Assembly: GCA_022180565.1 (NCBI GenBank)
Contig: BQML01000002.1
Coordinates: 273,824-337,823, forward strand
From: Bacteroidia bacterium
GTDB taxonomy: Bacteria; Bacteroidota; Ignavibacteria; UBA10030
Direction of reading: 5' to 3'
DNA: 64,000 nucleotides
The translations under genes were made by a program, and so were the position numbers. Of the stretch, positions 61,461-64,000 are shown piece after piece. Position 1 is the stretch's first letter. The number at the start of each line of letters is the position of its first letter. The notes under the pieces are model-generated. The model was not told the DNA's origin. It was given only the letters and a program-made list of their open reading frames with translations, and did not search any database.

Positions 61461-63109
61461 GAGCATTCATCGTATGGATCCTCATCCTGGCGCCAGTGGC
61501 GATGCCCGCTCAGGATCGCGAAAATACCCGTCCGCCTTCCCGACCCGCGGACGTCCAATCGCCGGCCGCGCAACTTCCAAAAATCGACCTTCCGGAATTT
61601 GTCATCACGGGCACAGCCACGATCGATCCCCCGGACGTCCGAAAGAGCACGACGGATGAATCCGGTATCTACAAGCGCCACCCTTCGGAGAATCTCCCCG
61701 GAATGAGGGACGCGGGAACCGTTGACCTGGGAGAGCGATTCAGACGATCCCTCTTTGCCACAGGAGAGGTGCGGGACGGTTTCCTCACGGCGAAACTCGG
61801 CATGTTCTTCACTCCCTCGGTCGGTATCTCGTATGGTGTTTCTTCAAACTCCTACGACATTCATGGCCGCGCGGAATACACGCGCACAAAGGGGTTTGCA
61901 CGATTCACGGACGCTTCGCGGGGGTTTCTGGCCGCAGGAGGGAGCCTGGTTCTCGATCATGCCGGCACCGTCTTTCACGAATCGAGGCTGGATGGGGAAG
62001 CGTCATATGAAATACGCCGCTATAAGTTCTATGGGTCCCGCCGGCCATCGACACAGCGCGAGCGAACGGTTGGAGACCTGCAGTTCGGCATTGCCTCTGC
62101 CGTTGACGCCCCGCAAAACTATCATGCAAGGCTCGAATACCGCGGGCTGACGCTGGGCGACAGTTCTGCATCGGTGACGGAGAATCACGTAACACTCATG
62201 GCAGGAAGCGGAATACCGGTTTTGGAAATCCCGCTCGAATTCAGCGCGGCTCTCGATCTCTCCACCATCACTGCGGTTGCACCGGTTTCGCTTTCGCTCT
62301 TTCGCTTTTCTCTCCTTTCTGTGCCCTTCCGGTGGAAGAAATTTTCCCTCTCCGTGGTCCTGAACGGATTCGCCGTGACCGGAATGAATAATCAACGGGG
62401 CAATTACGTGTACCCGGAAGTACGGATGAGGTACAGAGTGTCCGATAATCACGCCGTGATACTCGGTTATCATCCCTCTGTGGGATACACCACGTTGCGG
62501 GAAGAATCGTTCCGACAGCCCTATCTGTCGGGAGTCGCTGTCGTCCGGCATCCGGTGGATCGCTTGGCTTTGTCCGGAGGAATTGAATCGTCTTGGGCGG
62601 CATGGATGAGTACGAAACTTTCTGCGACCTATCGCCGCACGACCGATCTTCCATTGTACAGCGATAGTGCCGATTCGGGCGTGGGGTCGTTTCAATACGG
62701 CGGGACAACATCGATTCTGACCGTGCGTGCTGATGCAGTTGCAAACATCACGCCAAATGATTATTTTGCTGTGGCCGCGACAGCAAATTCCACGGAGAAC
62801 GACCTGACGCGGGCGAGCGTTCCTTATATCCCGGGCTTTGAGATGTCGGCGTTCTATCGACGCATACTGTCGTCTGCTTTTGAAGCGAGCATCAGCCTCA
62901 ACGCGTACACGCAACGACGCGCCTCGGTGACAGGTCCGCTGACCGTACCGGGAGGTCTCTGGAGCGGCATGAAGCTGGAGTATACAGGGATCAGGGGCCT
63001 GAGACTCTTTGTCGCCGCAGAAAACATTTTCGATCGGAACGATCAGGCATGGAAGAACTATCGCGTGGAGCCGTTTCGGATCGATCTGGGCCTTTCGTAC
63101 CGGTGGTGA
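61457..63109 (+). CDS. predicted outer-membrane beta-barrel protein, hypothetical
   Basis: Signal peptide, alternating amphipathic beta-strand pattern, C-terminal aromatic …GLSYRW; ATGA overlap with the TPR gene stop. Confidence 0.6.
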   Translation: MRAFIVWILILAPVAMPAQDRENTRPPSRPADVQSPAAQLPKIDLPEFVITGTATIDPPDVRKSTTDESGIYKRHPSENLPGMRDAGTVDLGERFRRSLFATGEVRDGFLTAKLGMFFTPSVGISYGVSSNSYDIHGRAEYTRTKGFARFTDASRGFLAAGGSLVLDHAGTVFHESRLDGEASYEIRRYKFYGSRRPSTQRERTVGDLQFGIASAVDAPQNYHARLEYRGLTLGDSSASVTENHVTLMAGSGIPVLEIPLEFSAALDLSTITAVAPVSLSLFRFSLLSVPFRWKKFSLSVVLNGFAVTGMNNQRGNYVYPEVRMRYRVSDNHAVILGYHPSVGYTTLREESFRQPYLSGVAVVRHPVDRLALSGGIESSWAAWMSTKLSATYRRTTDLPLYSDSADSGVGSFQYGGTTSILTVRADAVANITPNDYFAVAATANSTENDLTRASVPYIPGFEMSAFYRRILSSAFEASISLNAYTQRRASVTGPLTVPGGLWSGMKLEYTGIRGLRLFVAAENIFDRNDQAWKNYRVEPFRIDLGLSYRW

Positions 63110-63157
63110 GTCTGTCGAAGCCGAAACCGTCATCGTTATCATCTAGGAGGAACCGTT

Positions 63158-63823
63158 ATGCCCAATGTCAACCTTATTGAGGAAGAGGGCGGGGAAGAAG
63201 GGGGGATGCAGCCTATTGAAACCCCCACCCGGCGGCGCAGCGGAGGCGGTGGGTCGAAGGTATTGCTGATTCTGATTATTGTGATTGTGCTGGGAGGTGG
63301 CGTTTTTGCTCTGAATAAGTTCGGCATCGTCAAGCTCTGGGGGAAGAAGCAGCCTCCGGTCATCACGCAGATTCAGGAGCCGATCCAGGAACCGGTGTAT
63401 GCCGAGATGGACACAGCGTCGATGATGGAAGACACGGCCGGTGTGTCGTTTGTCGAAACGCCTCCGTTGACGGAACCGCAGTATGAATCGGCCCTTGTTA
63501 CCGGCACTGGCAAGGAAATCAGGACCGGCACGGTGGGACGTGCGGGCACTCCGACGACGTCGAAAGCTCTGTCCGGAATGTCGGGAAACTACACGATCCA
63601 GGTATCCGCCTGGAAAAATGCCGACACGGCACAGAAGTACGTCAAGCGCCTCGAAGCTGCAGGATATCCGGCGTACATGGAGCAGAGGACGGCAAAGGGC
63701 GGCAATTGGTATGTCGTCCGCATCGGACGCTATGGCTCGCTCAAGGAGGCGAAGAATGCGGTGGAGAGCTTCGCCTACGAAATCAAACGCAATTATTGGA
63801 TTGACAGAATCCGGGCGAACTGA
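63158..63823 (+). CDS. SPOR domain-containing protein (peptidoglycan-binding, septal localisation)
   Basis: N-terminal TM anchor (…VLLILIIVIVLGGGVFAL…), C-terminal SPOR motif (…YTIQVSAWKNADTAQKYVKRLEAAGYPAYMEQ…GNWYVVRIGRYGSLKEAKNA…). Confidence 0.8.
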   Translation: MPNVNLIEEEGGEEGGMQPIETPTRRRSGGGGSKVLLILIIVIVLGGGVFALNKFGIVKLWGKKQPPVITQIQEPIQEPVYAEMDTASMMEDTAGVSFVETPPLTEPQYESALVTGTGKEIRTGTVGRAGTPTTSKALSGMSGNYTIQVSAWKNADTAQKYVKRLEAAGYPAYMEQRTAKGGNWYVVRIGRYGSLKEAKNAVESFAYEIKRNYWIDRIRAN

Positions 63824-63828
63824 AGACA

Positions 63829-64000
63829 ATGACCACGAACGAGACGGCAAACCTCCTTGATTTGTTTCTGAAGGGTGGGATACTTATGTATCCCATTCTT
63901 TTTTGTTCCATCGTAGCCCTCGTCATCGTCGTCGAGCGGTTTCTTGTCCTCCGGAAATCGGCGATCGATGCGGGGCAGTTCATGCTGAAACTGCGCAGTG
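63829..64000 (+). CDS. MotA/TolQ/ExbB proton-channel family protein (5' partial, continues beyond the window)
   Basis: …MYPILFCSIVALVIVVERFLVL… N-terminal TM1 typical of TolQ/ExbB. Confidence 0.7.
   Translation, partial: MTTNETANLLDLFLKGGILMYPILFCSIVALVIVVERFLVLRKSAIDAGQFMLKLRS

Noticed and set aside
62003-63850. - strand ORFs of 379 and 235 aa
   Set aside because: Antisense to the OM barrel and SPOR genes

Overview
This is a 64 kb, roughly 57-60% GC bacterial chromosomal window, gene-dense on both strands and largely housekeeping. The conserved cluster bamA-skp-skp-lpxD-lpxC/fabZ(fused)-lpxA, together with DUF4920, DUF3109, SPOR and long TPR proteins, points to the FCB group (Bacteroidetes/Chlorobi/Ignavibacteria/Rhodothermaeota-like); this is inference from gene content only. 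Other content: a heme-precursor operon (hemB-OMP-epimerase-hemL), a translationally coupled operon ending in citrate synthase, clpC, uppS, lipoate ligase-panB-surE-apaG, two Na+ symporters, mutS-dinB-like-DUF3109, msrPQ, aconitase, a hybrid sensor histidine kinase of about 1,860 aa interrupted by a frameshift, a MoaC-MogA fusion, a naturally split carB, and a TPR/OMP/SPOR/TolQ envelope cluster. No tRNA, rRNA, CRISPR array or transposase/integrase was found. Many long ORFs in the six-frame track are antisense artefacts of the high GC content and were rejected. The best candidate for an undescribed system is the compact same-strand cluster at 36.2-41.7 kb: a small STAS-like(?) protein, a membrane class III adenylate/guanylate cyclase whose periplasmic sensor carries three repeated CxxCH (c-type heme) modules, a GAF-PP2C (SpoIIE/RsbU-like) phosphatase, and an orphan HerA-like (HAS-barrel plus FtsK/HerA ATPase) protein with no NurA, Sir2 or other known partner. 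Secondary items: a divergent papain-like (C39_2-type) cysteine peptidase / Ddl-like ATP-grasp pair, a 45-bp perfect dyad element upstream of the split carB, a 40-codon ORF in the carB gap, a 3x21-bp tandem repeat upstream of a DapA-family gene, and a hairpin of heptamer repeats between apaG and agcS. Hand-derived coordinates for non-CDS elements may be off by 1-2 nt.
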